This document shows, piece by piece, positions 31,323 to 40,352 of a stretch of 64,000 nt of DNA. A program made the position numbers and the translations under genes. This DNA is from an uncultured Thermoleophilia bacterium (GTDB lineage: Bacteria > Actinomycetota > Thermoleophilia > UBA2241), in assembly GCA_963702475.1 (NCBI GenBank), contig CAVPCT010000003.1:864001-928000 (forward strand), in the 5' to 3' direction. How positions within the stretch are numbered: the stretch's first letter is position 1; each line of letters begins with the position of its first letter. Under the pieces are notes generated by a model, which was given only the letters and a program-made list of their open reading frames with translations, did no database searches and had not been told where the DNA came from.

Positions 31323-33086
31323 TCACGTCCTCACGGTGAAGTACCGCCACGGCGAGGCCTTCTGCGGGTGGAGCTCGTCCTTCAGGTGTATGGCCTGCAC
31401 GCGCCAGCGCATCGAGCCGCTGCCGATCGCCGAGAAGCTGAACTGGACCTTGAACCGCGTGGCGCCCTTGTAGTCGATGTTCTCCGGACGCATGGTACCG
31501 TCGGTGCGCCAGCGGCCGCCGGAGAACTTCTGCCAGACGACCTTGACCGACTTGTCGCCGGCGAAGTGCAGGGGCTGCAGCGTGCCGTAGGCGGTGTAGT
31601 CGCGCCAGGCCTGAACGGTGCGCGGCACCGACGGCGCGGTCACCGTCACGTTGCGGGTCCGACTCTGGACGTTGGCGGTGAAGGAGTAGGAACCGTCCGA
31701 GACGCTCGTGTCGGTGCTCCACTGCTCGATGTAGTAGGTGCCACCCCGGCCTGAGGGCACGACGTACTTGAAGCGCTTCACGTCTTCGTAGCTGTCGGAC
31801 CGCGCCACCGCCGCCGAGGGGTCACCGACGTCGACCGTCCCGGGCGGCCAGAGGCAGGTCTCGAGCGCGTCGTCCCGGGCCGTCATGGTGACGATGAGCT
31901 GCTGCCCGGCGTCCAGGTGCAGGCTCCACAGATCGACGAAGAACGGAGCCTTCAGGCTGCCCGACACCGGAGACGACGGCAGAGGACTGGCGTCGGCCGT
32001 CGTCGGGGTGCCTCCGCGGCGCATGACCTTGTCCCCGAACGCGGAGGCCCAGGCGGTGGTCGTGTCGATCGCGTCGACGCCGGTGAAGTCGCCGTCGTAG
32101 CGGTCCGAGTCCTCGCGGACCCACGTCGCGCCGCCGTTCTCGGTGAGCAGGATGGTGTCTTGGCCGACCGCCCAGCCCGTCGTGGCCGAGACGAAGTGGA
32201 CGGCTGCGAGCGTGTCGGAGTCGGGCGGCAGCGTCTGTCGTACCCACGTCGCCCCACCGGTGGTGCTGTACCAGATCATCCCCCGGTCGCCGTAGGCCCT
32301 TGTCGTGTCCTCGCCGACCGCCCAGAGCCCGCCGGGTGGGAAGACGTCGACGTCGTTGAACCTGCCGGCGATCGCCGTCCGGCCCGGCAGTGAGAAGCTC
32401 CAGCTCGCGCCGCCGTTCGACGTCGCGTAGACGCTCGCCCACCAGGTGCCCTGCGGCTGCTGGTAGAAGTCCTCGCCGACGGCCCAGCCGTGTTGCGCGT
32501 CGGCGAAGTCGACGCCGTTGAAGTCGACGTCGTCCACGCCGTCGGGGACGCCCGCGTGCGACTCCGTCCACGTGGAGCCGCCCGAGGTGGTGTGGATGAC
32601 GTGCGAGCTCGAGCCGACAGCCCAGCCCTCGGTGGAACTGACGAAGCAGAGGTCCTTGAGCACACCGATGTACGGCGGCTCCGCCTGCGGGGCCCAGGTC
32701 CGGCCGTCGCTCGTCGCGAGGATCGCCGACCCGGAGCCGCTGGAGGCGCCGCCGTTGCCGACCGCCCAGCCCCGCGTGTCGTTCCACATCTGCACGGCGT
32801 GCAGGGCGTAGTTGCGGGTGTCCACGTACTGCTGCGCCCACGTCGCCCCGCCGTCACTGGTGCGGAGGACGACCTGGTCCTCACCCACCAGCCAGCCGTT
32901 CTGCGCATCGAGGAAGTCGATGCCCTGGTAGTACTTGCCGTACCCCGGCGTGACGGGCGTCCAGGCCGCGCCGGCCGAGGCTGGGCCGGCGAGCGCGGTC
33001 TCCAGCAGCAGGACGAGCGTGAGGAGCGTGACGAGGATGAGCAGCCGCCGGGCTGCCGCCGTGGCGATCCGTGCTCGAGCGCTCAT
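31323..33086 (-). CDS. Secreted YCF48/BNR beta-propeller protein with C-terminal beta-sandwich domains
   Basis: Signal peptide; repeated GWAVG...T.DGG.TW (Asp-box) units. Confidence 0.85.
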   Translation of the reverse strand: MSARARIATAAARRLLILVTLLTLVLLLETALAGPASAGAAWTPVTPGYGKYYQGIDFLDAQNGWLVGEDQVVLRTSDGGATWAQQYVDTRNYALHAVQMWNDTRGWAVGNGGASSGSGSAILATSDGRTWAPQAEPPYIGVLKDLCFVSSTEGWAVGSSSHVIHTTSGGSTWTESHAGVPDGVDDVDFNGVDFADAQHGWAVGEDFYQQPQGTWWASVYATSNGGASWSFSLPGRTAIAGRFNDVDVFPPGGLWAVGEDTTRAYGDRGMIWYSTTGGATWVRQTLPPDSDTLAAVHFVSATTGWAVGQDTILLTENGGATWVREDSDRYDGDFTGVDAIDTTTAWASAFGDKVMRRGGTPTTADASPLPSSPVSGSLKAPFFVDLWSLHLDAGQQLIVTMTARDDALETCLWPPGTVDVGDPSAAVARSDSYEDVKRFKYVVPSGRGGTYYIEQWSTDTSVSDGSYSFTANVQSRTRNVTVTAPSVPRTVQAWRDYTAYGTLQPLHFAGDKSVKVVWQKFSGGRWRTDGTMRPENIDYKGATRFKVQFSFSAIGSGSMRWRVQAIHLKDELHPQKASPWRYFTVRT

Positions 33087-33205
33087 GGTCTGCTCCCTCC
33101 GTCAGACGAGGCCGGCACCGTGATGATACGCCCGGCCGTCCGCCGGACCGTTGCCTCCATGCCCCTCTCACGTGCCCTGGACTTTGGGCGCGCTCGTCTC
33201 CGGTC

Positions 33206-33667
33206 TTACCGGACCAGTCGCGGGTCGTAGGAGAACAGAGCGACCGAGGCGATCGTGACCTTCGACAGCTCGGGGTGCTGGGGGTTCAGCAGGTAGTTGG
33301 CCTCGCGCGGGATCACCGCGGACGGCACCTGCAGCACGAGGGTCGATCGCCCGGCGAGCCACTCGTCGCCGATCGCCTGGAGCTCGGCGGGCGCGGGATG
33401 GAGCCGCCAGTCCTCAGGAAGCGAGCCGGCGGCGATGGTCGCCACCGTCACGTCGTCCGGAAGGTCGATCTCCACTTGCACGAGACCCTCAGGCAGGAGG
33501 TCCCTGTCCACGTGCACGAGCACTTCGAGGGCGGCCAGGGCCAGTGAGGCCGACGTGTAGACGACGGGGTGTCCCGTGGTGTGCCAGCGTCCCGGCGTGA
33601 GCAGACCGCCTCTGCCGGCGAGCGTGTCCGCAGCGTATCGCTCAGCGCAGATGCGCCAGACGCGCAT
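33206..33667 (-). CDS. RES-domain toxin (NAD+ phosphorylase family)
   Basis: WRI, GRW, VYTS..LALAALE, VPSA..P.E.NYLLNP.HP. Confidence 0.9.
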   Translation of the reverse strand: MRVWRICAERYAADTLAGRGGLLTPGRWHTTGHPVVYTSASLALAALEVLVHVDRDLLPEGLVQVEIDLPDDVTVATIAAGSLPEDWRLHPAPAELQAIGDEWLAGRSTLVLQVPSAVIPREANYLLNPQHPELSKVTIASVALFSYDPRLVR

Positions 33668-34119
33668 CAGCTGAAGATGCCGTACTCGATGCGGGCGAGC
33701 AGCTGCTCGATCTCGTGCTCGCCGATCTCGGTGTCGAGCTGGCTGATGGGGGTGTCACCGCCCAGGGCCTCGTTCGGGCGGTGCAGCCACGCGCGCGCCG
33801 TCTCGAGCGAGCCGAACGTGTCCGCTGCTTGCACGGTCACGCGCGCGACGCGGTAGAGCCGGTCCGACTCGGTGGGCGAGAGGACGCGCTTGACCTTTCT
33901 CCGCGCCATGGTCCGGGGGGATGCGCCGACCAGCCGGACGAGCGTGGACGAGTCCAGCTGCAGCGCCTCGAGGACGGCCTCGAACGCCGCATAGGGGAGC
34001 CCGCGGCGGAGAGCTTCCTGCATGTCCGCCAGACTCCGGATGCTCGAGCCGAACGCCGTCTGCCCGCCCAGCAGCGACACCAGTCGCTCGGTCTCTTGTC
34101 CCTGATACGTGCTAGCCAT
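33667..34119 (-). CDS. Xre/MbcA/ParS antitoxin
   Basis: LSPTESDRL.R, A.AWL.RPN.ALGG.TP, L.RIEYG; coupled to the RES gene. Confidence 0.9.
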   Translation of the reverse strand: MASTYQGQETERLVSLLGGQTAFGSSIRSLADMQEALRRGLPYAAFEAVLEALQLDSSTLVRLVGASPRTMARRKVKRVLSPTESDRLYRVARVTVQAADTFGSLETARAWLHRPNEALGGDTPISQLDTEIGEHEIEQLLARIEYGIFS

Positions 34120-34168
34120 GTGTCTTACATACTACCGCCACATGGCAGCGGCACAAACACCGGGCGGC

Positions 34169-34597
34169 TCAGACGTTGTAGACCTCGGGCCCCAGCGTGG
34201 TCACGTAGTTGTCGGTCAGCACCCGCTGGGCCTCCGCGGTCTTGTCCACTCCGAGGATGACGATGGCCTGACCGTCGATGTGGCCCAGATGCGGGTACAG
34301 GTAGTGCACGTTGACCCCGGCCGCCGTGAGTGGCTTGAGCACGGCGAGCACGCTGCCGGGGTGGTCCGGGATCTCGACGGCGAGCACGTCGACCTCCCTG
34401 GGGTCGTAGCCGCCGCCGGTCAGGATGTTCTTCGCCTTCTCGTGATCGTCCACCACAAAGCGCACGGTGCTGATGTCGGAGGTGTCGGCCACCGAGATCG
34501 CGCGGATGTTCACGCCCTCGCGCCCCAGGAGCTCGCTCACGGCGGCGAAGGCTCCGGGGACGTTGGAGAGACTCACTGACAGCTGCTTGATGGACAT
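34169..34597 (-). CDS. ACT domain-containing protein
   Basis: KQLSV.L.N.PG, NIRAIS.ADT, D.PG..L tandem ACT pattern. Confidence 0.88.
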   Translation of the reverse strand: MSIKQLSVSLSNVPGAFAAVSELLGREGVNIRAISVADTSDISTVRFVVDDHEKAKNILTGGGYDPREVDVLAVEIPDHPGSVLAVLKPLTAAGVNVHYLYPHLGHIDGQAIVILGVDKTAEAQRVLTDNYVTTLGPEVYNV

Positions 34598-35142
34598 CAG
34601 CCCTGCTCCTTCGCGTAGTCGTAGCCCAGGGCGAGGGCCTTCTTGTTGAGGTCGAGGAGCCTGGCCCTGCCCTTGCCGAGGATCTCGGTGAGGTTCTCCA
34701 CCATGGCCTCGTAGGAGATCATCTCGCTCGCCCTGACCAGGGCGCCGAGCATGATCATGTTGGCCACCTTCATCGACCCCAGCTCGCCGGCGAGCTCGCT
34801 CATGGGGACGGCGAGGACCTCGATGTCTCTCCTCGCCGTCTCGGTGTTCACGAGCGTCGAGTTGGCGCACAGGAGGCCGCCGGACTGCAGGGCGCCCTGG
34901 AACCTGACGAACGACGGCTGGTTCATCGCGACGACCACCTCGGGCGTGGACGCCACCGGCGAGGCGATCTCCTCGTCCGACACGGAGACCGCGCAGTTCG
35001 CGGTGCCGCCGCGCACCTCGACGCCGTAGCTGGGCAGGTAGGTGACGTACTTGCCCTCGAGCATGGCGGCGGTGGCCAGGGTCGCGCCGAGCGAGAGCAC
35101 GCCCTGCCCGCCGGAGCCCGAGATGACCGTCTTGGTCAGCAT
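34597..35142 (-). CDS. 2-oxoacid:acceptor oxidoreductase gamma subunit
   Basis: SGSGGQG, PSYG.EVRGGTANC, NMIMLGA. Confidence 0.92.
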   Translation of the reverse strand: MLTKTVISGSGGQGVLSLGATLATAAMLEGKYVTYLPSYGVEVRGGTANCAVSVSDEEIASPVASTPEVVVAMNQPSFVRFQGALQSGGLLCANSTLVNTETARRDIEVLAVPMSELAGELGSMKVANMIMLGALVRASEMISYEAMVENLTEILGKGRARLLDLNKKALALGYDYAKEQG

Positions 35143-35900
35143 GGCGCGACCTCGTCCTTGAACACGCCCAGCGGGAAGTACGCGAGCATGGCGTCGTCGA
35201 TCCATTTGCAGGACTCGAGAGGGCCCATCTTCCAGTTCACCGGGCAGGGGGAGAGGATCTCGACCAGCGAGAAGCCGCCGCCGTCGAGCTGGCGCCGGAA
35301 CGCCTTGGCGATGGCCTTCTTGGCCTTCACCACGGCCGCCGGCTTGTTGACGGCCACCCGCTCGAGGTACGACGTGCCGTCGAGCTGGGCGAAGACCTCG
35401 CAGATGCGCACGGGGTGGCCGGCAAGGCCGGCGTCGCGGCCCTTCGGGGTGGTCGTCGTCACCTGGTCGAGGAGCGTGGTGGGCGCCATCTGGCCGCCGG
35501 TCATGCCGTACACGCCGTTGTTCACGAAGATGACGGTGATGTTCTCGCCCCTGTTGGCGGCGTGGAGTCCCTCGGCCGTGCCGATGGCGGCAAGGTCGCC
35601 GTCGCCCTGGTACGAGAAGACCAGGTTCTGCGGCAGCACCCGCTTGATGCCGGTGGCGACGGCCGCCCCGCGCCCGTGGGCCGACTCGATCACGTCGATC
35701 TCGAAGTAGTTGTAGAGGAGCATGCCGCAGCCCGCCGGAGCCACGCAGATGGCGTCTCCCTGCAGGTCCATCTCATCGACCACCTCCATCAGGAGGCGGT
35801 TGATGATGCCGTGACCGCAGCCGGGGCAGTAGTGGAAGTCCGCCTGCTTGAGCAGTCTGGGCCGCTCGAAGACCTTCGTCATCGCCTGGTCCGTGTTCAT
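35136..35900 (-). CDS. 2-oxoacid:ferredoxin oxidoreductase beta (TPP-binding) subunit
   Basis: HYCPGCGHG, YQGDGDL, NN.VYGMTGGQMAPT, SPCPVNW. Confidence 0.93.
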   Translation of the reverse strand: MNTDQAMTKVFERPRLLKQADFHYCPGCGHGIINRLLMEVVDEMDLQGDAICVAPAGCGMLLYNYFEIDVIESAHGRGAAVATGIKRVLPQNLVFSYQGDGDLAAIGTAEGLHAANRGENITVIFVNNGVYGMTGGQMAPTTLLDQVTTTTPKGRDAGLAGHPVRICEVFAQLDGTSYLERVAVNKPAAVVKAKKAIAKAFRRQLDGGGFSLVEILSPCPVNWKMGPLESCKWIDDAMLAYFPLGVFKDEVAPC

Positions 35901-36976
35901 CGCTTCTTCCCCTCGCCTTCGGCGTGTGCCTGGAGGTAGTGGCGTGAGACGATCCGGAAGAGCTCCACGGGCATGGGGGCGACGCCGCCGGGCCTCCCGT
36001 AGAAGTGGATACGGCCCTGACCCTCGAGCGCCAGCCGCACGTCCTCCACCATCTGGCCGGCGCTCATCTCGAAGACGAAGAAGTCGTCAACGGTCTTCGC
36101 GAGCTCCCGGAGCGCCTGCGCCGGAAACGGCCAGAGCGTGACGGGCCTGAGCAGGCCGACCTTCTTGCCCTCCTCGCGGAGCCGTTTGATGGCGCCCTTG
36201 GCGATCCTCGCCCCGATGCCGTAGGCGACCACGATCATCTCGGCGTCGTCGGTGAGATGCGTCTCGAAGCGGACCTCGTTCTGCTCGATGAGACGGAACT
36301 TGCGCTGCAGCTTCCAGTTGTGCTCCTCCTGGAGCTTGGTGTCGAAGATCAGCGAATGGATCTTGCGCGCGGGCCTGTCCCTGGCGCCGGTGAGGATGTA
36401 GGGCTTGTCGTAGTCCGGCGGGCGCACGAGACCGTCGAAGTCCACCGGCTCCATCATCTGCCCGAGGATGCCGTCGGCGAGGATGACCACGGGGTTGCGG
36501 TACTTGTCCGCCAGGTCGAAGGCCAGCGGCACGACCCCGGTGAGCTCCTGCACCGACGCCGGCGCCAGCACCACCGTGCGGTAGTCCCCGTGGCCGCCGC
36601 CGCGTGTGGCCTGGAAGTAGTCCGACTGGGCCCCGGCGATGCTGCCCATGCCGGGGCCGCCGCGCACGATGTTGACGATGACGCCGGGGAGTTCGTCGGC
36701 GACGAGGTACGAGATGCCCTCCTGCTTCAGGCTGATGCCGGGGCCGCTCGACGAGGTCATGGCGCGCGCCCCGGCCGCCGCGGCGCCAAGCACCATGTTG
36801 ATGGCGGCGATCTCGCTCTCCGACTGGATGAAGACGCCGCCCACGTCCGGCATGCGCTTCGCCATGTACTCGGTGATCTCGTTCTGCGGCGTGATTGGGT
36901 AGCCGAAGTAGTGCGTGCACCCGGAGAGGATGGCCGCCTCACCTATGGCGACGTTGCCGCTCATGAGCCGCTTCAT
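35897..36976 (-). CDS. vorB: 2-oxoacid:ferredoxin oxidoreductase alpha-type subunit (VorB-like)
   Basis: GYPITPQ, ESEIAA, TSSSGPG.SLKQE, QSDYFQAT.GGGHGDY. Confidence 0.9.
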   Translation of the reverse strand: MKRLMSGNVAIGEAAILSGCTHYFGYPITPQNEITEYMAKRMPDVGGVFIQSESEIAAINMVLGAAAAGARAMTSSSGPGISLKQEGISYLVADELPGVIVNIVRGGPGMGSIAGAQSDYFQATRGGGHGDYRTVVLAPASVQELTGVVPLAFDLADKYRNPVVILADGILGQMMEPVDFDGLVRPPDYDKPYILTGARDRPARKIHSLIFDTKLQEEHNWKLQRKFRLIEQNEVRFETHLTDDAEMIVVAYGIGARIAKGAIKRLREEGKKVGLLRPVTLWPFPAQALRELAKTVDDFFVFEMSAGQMVEDVRLALEGQGRIHFYGRPGGVAPMPVELFRIVSRHYLQAHAEGEGKKR

Positions 36977-37182
36977 GACCCGCACACCTCGATGGCGACG
37001 TCGGGGCACATCAGCGCACAGTTGCGGCAGGCGTTGCAGCCCTTCTGGTCGTCGAAGGCGGCCACGAAGTAGCCCTTGAGGTTCAGGTCTTCGGACAGGC
37101 TGATGCAGTCCTTGGTGCAGAGCTCGATGCAGAGGGCGCAGCCCTTGCAGCGCTCCCTGTCTATCTGGATCGTCCCCTTCAC
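36973..37182 (-). CDS. 2[4Fe-4S] ferredoxin (delta subunit)
   Basis: CKGCALCIELC and CNACRNCALMCP. Confidence 0.92.
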   Translation of the reverse strand: MKGTIQIDRERCKGCALCIELCTKDCISLSEDLNLKGYFVAAFDDQKGCNACRNCALMCPDVAIEVCGS

Positions 37183-37459
37183 GTGCGCGTCCTCACCGGT
37201 CGTTCGGTCTCGTGCCGGACGACTGTGTCAGAGCCGCCCACCCCGCGGGTCGATCACCAATGATAGCGCCCCGGGCGGCGCAGCGTCGGCGTACCGGCTG
37301 CCGCGGCGCCTCCTCCCGCCGACCGCGCGAGGGCCGCTCCGGCCGGCAGCTTCGTCAGGCGCAGTCTCGCCGGATGCGCACCTCGAAGGCTCGCCAGGCG
37401 TCTCAAACAGCTCACCCCCGGGTAGAAATGATTGCACGCACAAGCGATGAGGAGGCGTC

Positions 37460-37750
37460 GTGCCCGTCACCAGTTCAACGAAGACGTACGACTGCGAGCT
37501 CTGTGGCGCCGCTCTTCAGTCCAAGTGGGCACTTGACAACCATATGTGCCTGTTCCACGACCTCTGTGGCACCGTACGGCCGGGCGCGGAGGTCACCTTC
37601 CGCTGCGCCCAGTGCGGGACGTCCTTCGCCCGCCGCAGCGAGCTCGTGACCCACATGGAGAGCACGGGACATGGCGGGCGTGGCGGGCGAGCGGACGCCA
37701 AGCCTGTCGCCCGCCGGACCACTCGAGGCACGCCCCGCCGCAGGTCTTGA
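37460..37750 (+). CDS. Small protein with two C2H2-type zinc fingers
   Basis: Y-x-CELC-x12-H-x4-H and F-x-CAQC-x3-F-x5-L-x2-H-x5-H; GAGGAGG RBS. Confidence 0.75.
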   Translation: MPVTSSTKTYDCELCGAALQSKWALDNHMCLFHDLCGTVRPGAEVTFRCAQCGTSFARRSELVTHMESTGHGGRGGRADAKPVARRTTRGTPRRRS

Positions 37751-38044
37751 CGCGCGTTCTCGTCTCGCGGGCGTCCGCGCCCTCCGGGACGGCGCTCGCG
37801 GCGACGGCGGCCGCGCCTGCCTCCGAGCGGCGCGCATCCGCGAAGCGATCCTCCGGGCGCGGCTGAAGCGAAGCTCCTCCCGCGCCTGCCTGGCCACCTG
37901 GTCAGGTGAGAGACCCCCCAGCGAGGCAGTGCGGGTTCCGTCCTGCTGCCCGGGGCGCCGCGTCCAGCGCGGCCGTAGGCTCTGCGTGTACCGGGCGGCC
38001 ATGCCGGTACGGTCAAGGACAGGGCGGAGCCCGGGAGGGACCGA

Positions 38045-39322
38045 ATGACCGCACGCGCCGAACGCTTCTCTTCAGCGAAGGTGATGCTCGCCAATCCCGG
38101 CCTGGTGCGGGTGCGGCCCGACCTGAGCCTCTTCATGGCAAGGTACCTGCGGCGCTTTCGCATCAAGCGCTCCGGGCGGAACCTGCTCCTTCACTCGCAC
38201 CTGCCGCCGCTCGACAGTGACGCGTATGCACGTTTCGTCGCGCAGCACCTGGTGGCCAGGACGCCGGGTCCTTCACACGCCCAGATCGCCATCACGGACG
38301 CCTGCCCGCAGGCCTGTGCCTGCTGCTACAACAGGCAGCGCAGCGGCGAGCGCCTGGACACGCCGACCATCATCCGGGTGATCGAGGAGCTCCAGGACAT
38401 GGGCGTCTGCTGGCTCGGCCTCACGGGGGGAGAGCCCCTGCTCTCTCCCGACCTGGCCGCCATCACCCGCGCTTCCGCTCAAGGCTGCGCGGTCAAGCTC
38501 TTCACGACCGGCATGGGCCTCTCGCGGGGCCGGGCCGAGCAGCTCACCGACGCCGGCCTCTTCTCGGTGGCCGTGAGTCTCGATCACTGGGAGCCCGCCG
38601 TGCACGACGCCGGGCGCGGCTTTGCCGGCGCGTTCGACGCCGCGCTGGAGGCGATCGCGGTGTCCAAAGGTGTGCCGGGCCTGCACGTGAGTGTGTCGTC
38701 CGTCTTCAGCCGCGAGATGGTGCACGACGGCGGCATCGAGCGGCTGCTCACCTTTCTTGCGTCGCTCGACGTCGACGAGGCGTGGCTGAGCGAGGTGAAG
38801 CCGACCCAGGAGGCCTTCTGGCGCGACGACCTCGTGATCACCGAGCAGGAGCGGCGCAGGGTCGCCGACCTCCAGGACGACTGGAACCGCAGGCCGGGCA
38901 TGACCGTCAACTACCTCGGGCACTTCGAGGGCGCCGAGACGTTCGGCTGCAACGCCGGCTGCAAGATGGTGTACGTCGACGCGTTCGGCGAGGTGAGCCC
39001 GTGCGTCTTCTTGCCGCTGTCGTTCGGCAACGTCCGGGAACGGCCGCTGCGCGAGATCGTCGACGAGATGCGCGCGTCCTTCCCGGGCGGGTCCCGCTGC
39101 TTCATCAACGACAACTTCCGCCTGCTCGCCGATGCCGGGGGACGGCTGCCTCTGGGTCGCTCCCGCTCCGTCGAGCTCGTCTCACGCTCGCTCAGACGAG
39201 AGCCCGCGGCGTTCCAGCGCCGGCTGCGCAGGCGGGCGGCGCTCCCGGCCGCCCGCAGAAGCGCGCGGGCCTCCGCTGAACGCGACGATCGCGGGGTGAG
39301 GACATGGGTACGGGCTCACTGA
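38045..39322 (+). CDS. Radical SAM protein with SPASM/twitch domain
   Basis: CPQACACC (CxxxCxxC), LTGGEPLL, CNAG...VDAFGEVSPC.F...GNV. Confidence 0.92.
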   Translation: MTARAERFSSAKVMLANPGLVRVRPDLSLFMARYLRRFRIKRSGRNLLLHSHLPPLDSDAYARFVAQHLVARTPGPSHAQIAITDACPQACACCYNRQRSGERLDTPTIIRVIEELQDMGVCWLGLTGGEPLLSPDLAAITRASAQGCAVKLFTTGMGLSRGRAEQLTDAGLFSVAVSLDHWEPAVHDAGRGFAGAFDAALEAIAVSKGVPGLHVSVSSVFSREMVHDGGIERLLTFLASLDVDEAWLSEVKPTQEAFWRDDLVITEQERRRVADLQDDWNRRPGMTVNYLGHFEGAETFGCNAGCKMVYVDAFGEVSPCVFLPLSFGNVRERPLREIVDEMRASFPGGSRCFINDNFRLLADAGGRLPLGRSRSVELVSRSLRREPAAFQRRLRRRAALPAARRSARASAERDDRGVRTWVRAH

Positions 39323-39801
39323 CACCGAGAGAGCGCCTCGTCCGCCTGGCCGGCATGGCCATGGCCGTGACGTTCGCGGCGGTCGGGGTCGTCTTCCTGG
39401 TGGTCCCCGGTGAGGTCCTCTCGCTGCTCAACACGGTCGGAGACGTCCTCGGGGCGCCGGTGTCCACTACGGACGCCTTCACGCTCTACCTGGCGCTGGC
39501 CGTCGCCTACATGTACCTCGTCACGCTGCTCGCCGTGCAGATGGCCCGCCGTCCGCAGGTGCGGGCCTACCCCTGGCTGCTCGTACAGGCCAAGGCGGCG
39601 AGCGCCGTGCTGTGTCTCGTCCTGTTCGTAGCGCAGGACCAGTACTTCGTCTACGCGGCGAACGCGCTCGTCGATGGCCTCATCGCCGTCTGCGTGTGGG
39701 CGCTCGCGCTCCGCGGTGCGCCGGAGGGCTCACCGCAGGACGCCGCGACGTCCCGTGTGTCCGGCCAGGGGCTGGGCGACCGCCCCGCGTCCCTGGGCTG
39801 A
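39304..39801 (+). CDS. Hypothetical four-TM membrane protein
   Basis: Hydrophobic helices; overlaps the radical SAM gene. Confidence 0.75.
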   Translation: MGTGSLTPRERLVRLAGMAMAVTFAAVGVVFLVVPGEVLSLLNTVGDVLGAPVSTTDAFTLYLALAVAYMYLVTLLAVQMARRPQVRAYPWLLVQAKAASAVLCLVLFVAQDQYFVYAANALVDGLIAVCVWALALRGAPEGSPQDAATSRVSGQGLGDRPASLG

Positions 39802-39806
39802 GCGCG

Positions 39807-40352
39807 GTGAACGTGCGCGTCACGCTCCTTCCCTGGCTGCTGCGCTGCGGCCTGCGCCGCGTGCTCCTGGACAGGCTGGCAGGGGTGACCGCGCGGGCCA
39901 TGGGAGCTACGCCTGCCCCGTTCTCCGGTCTGGCCTGGGAAGCTCGGCTCGAGCGGTACGCGCGGACCACCGCGGCCCAGGCCGACGCGCTGCTGCAGGC
40001 CGGCGACCCCGACGCGGCGGAGGCCGCCGCCCGCGAGCTGTGGCGCGGTGCGCGGGAGCTGGGCTCCTGCGCCCGGCGGCTGCTCGGGTTGCACGGACCG
40101 GACGAAGCTCTGGCCGCGCTGTGCGCGTTCTACAGGCAGATCGGCATCCGGGCCGTGTGCGGCGGGGGCGAGCTGCGCGTGCGCCGCTGTCTGTTCGCGG
40201 GGCACTTCAGCCGTCGCACCTGCGAGCTTGTGGGGGCCCTGGACGACGGCTTCGCCGCCGGGCTCTCCGGCGGCGGGACGCTGCGTTTCGCCCGGCGGAT
40301 CACCGCCGGAGACGCGTGCTGCCTGGCGCGGCTGGAGGGGGCGGCACGATGA
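39807..40352 (+). CDS. Hypothetical Cys-motif protein (ATC-hydrolase/V4R-like)
   Basis: V.RC.F......C....D.G...GL....L.F..RIT.G..CC pattern; ATGA overlap with the next gene. Confidence 0.6.
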   Translation: MNVRVTLLPWLLRCGLRRVLLDRLAGVTARAMGATPAPFSGLAWEARLERYARTTAAQADALLQAGDPDAAEAAARELWRGARELGSCARRLLGLHGPDEALAALCAFYRQIGIRAVCGGGELRVRRCLFAGHFSRRTCELVGALDDGFAAGLSGGGTLRFARRITAGDACCLARLEGAAR

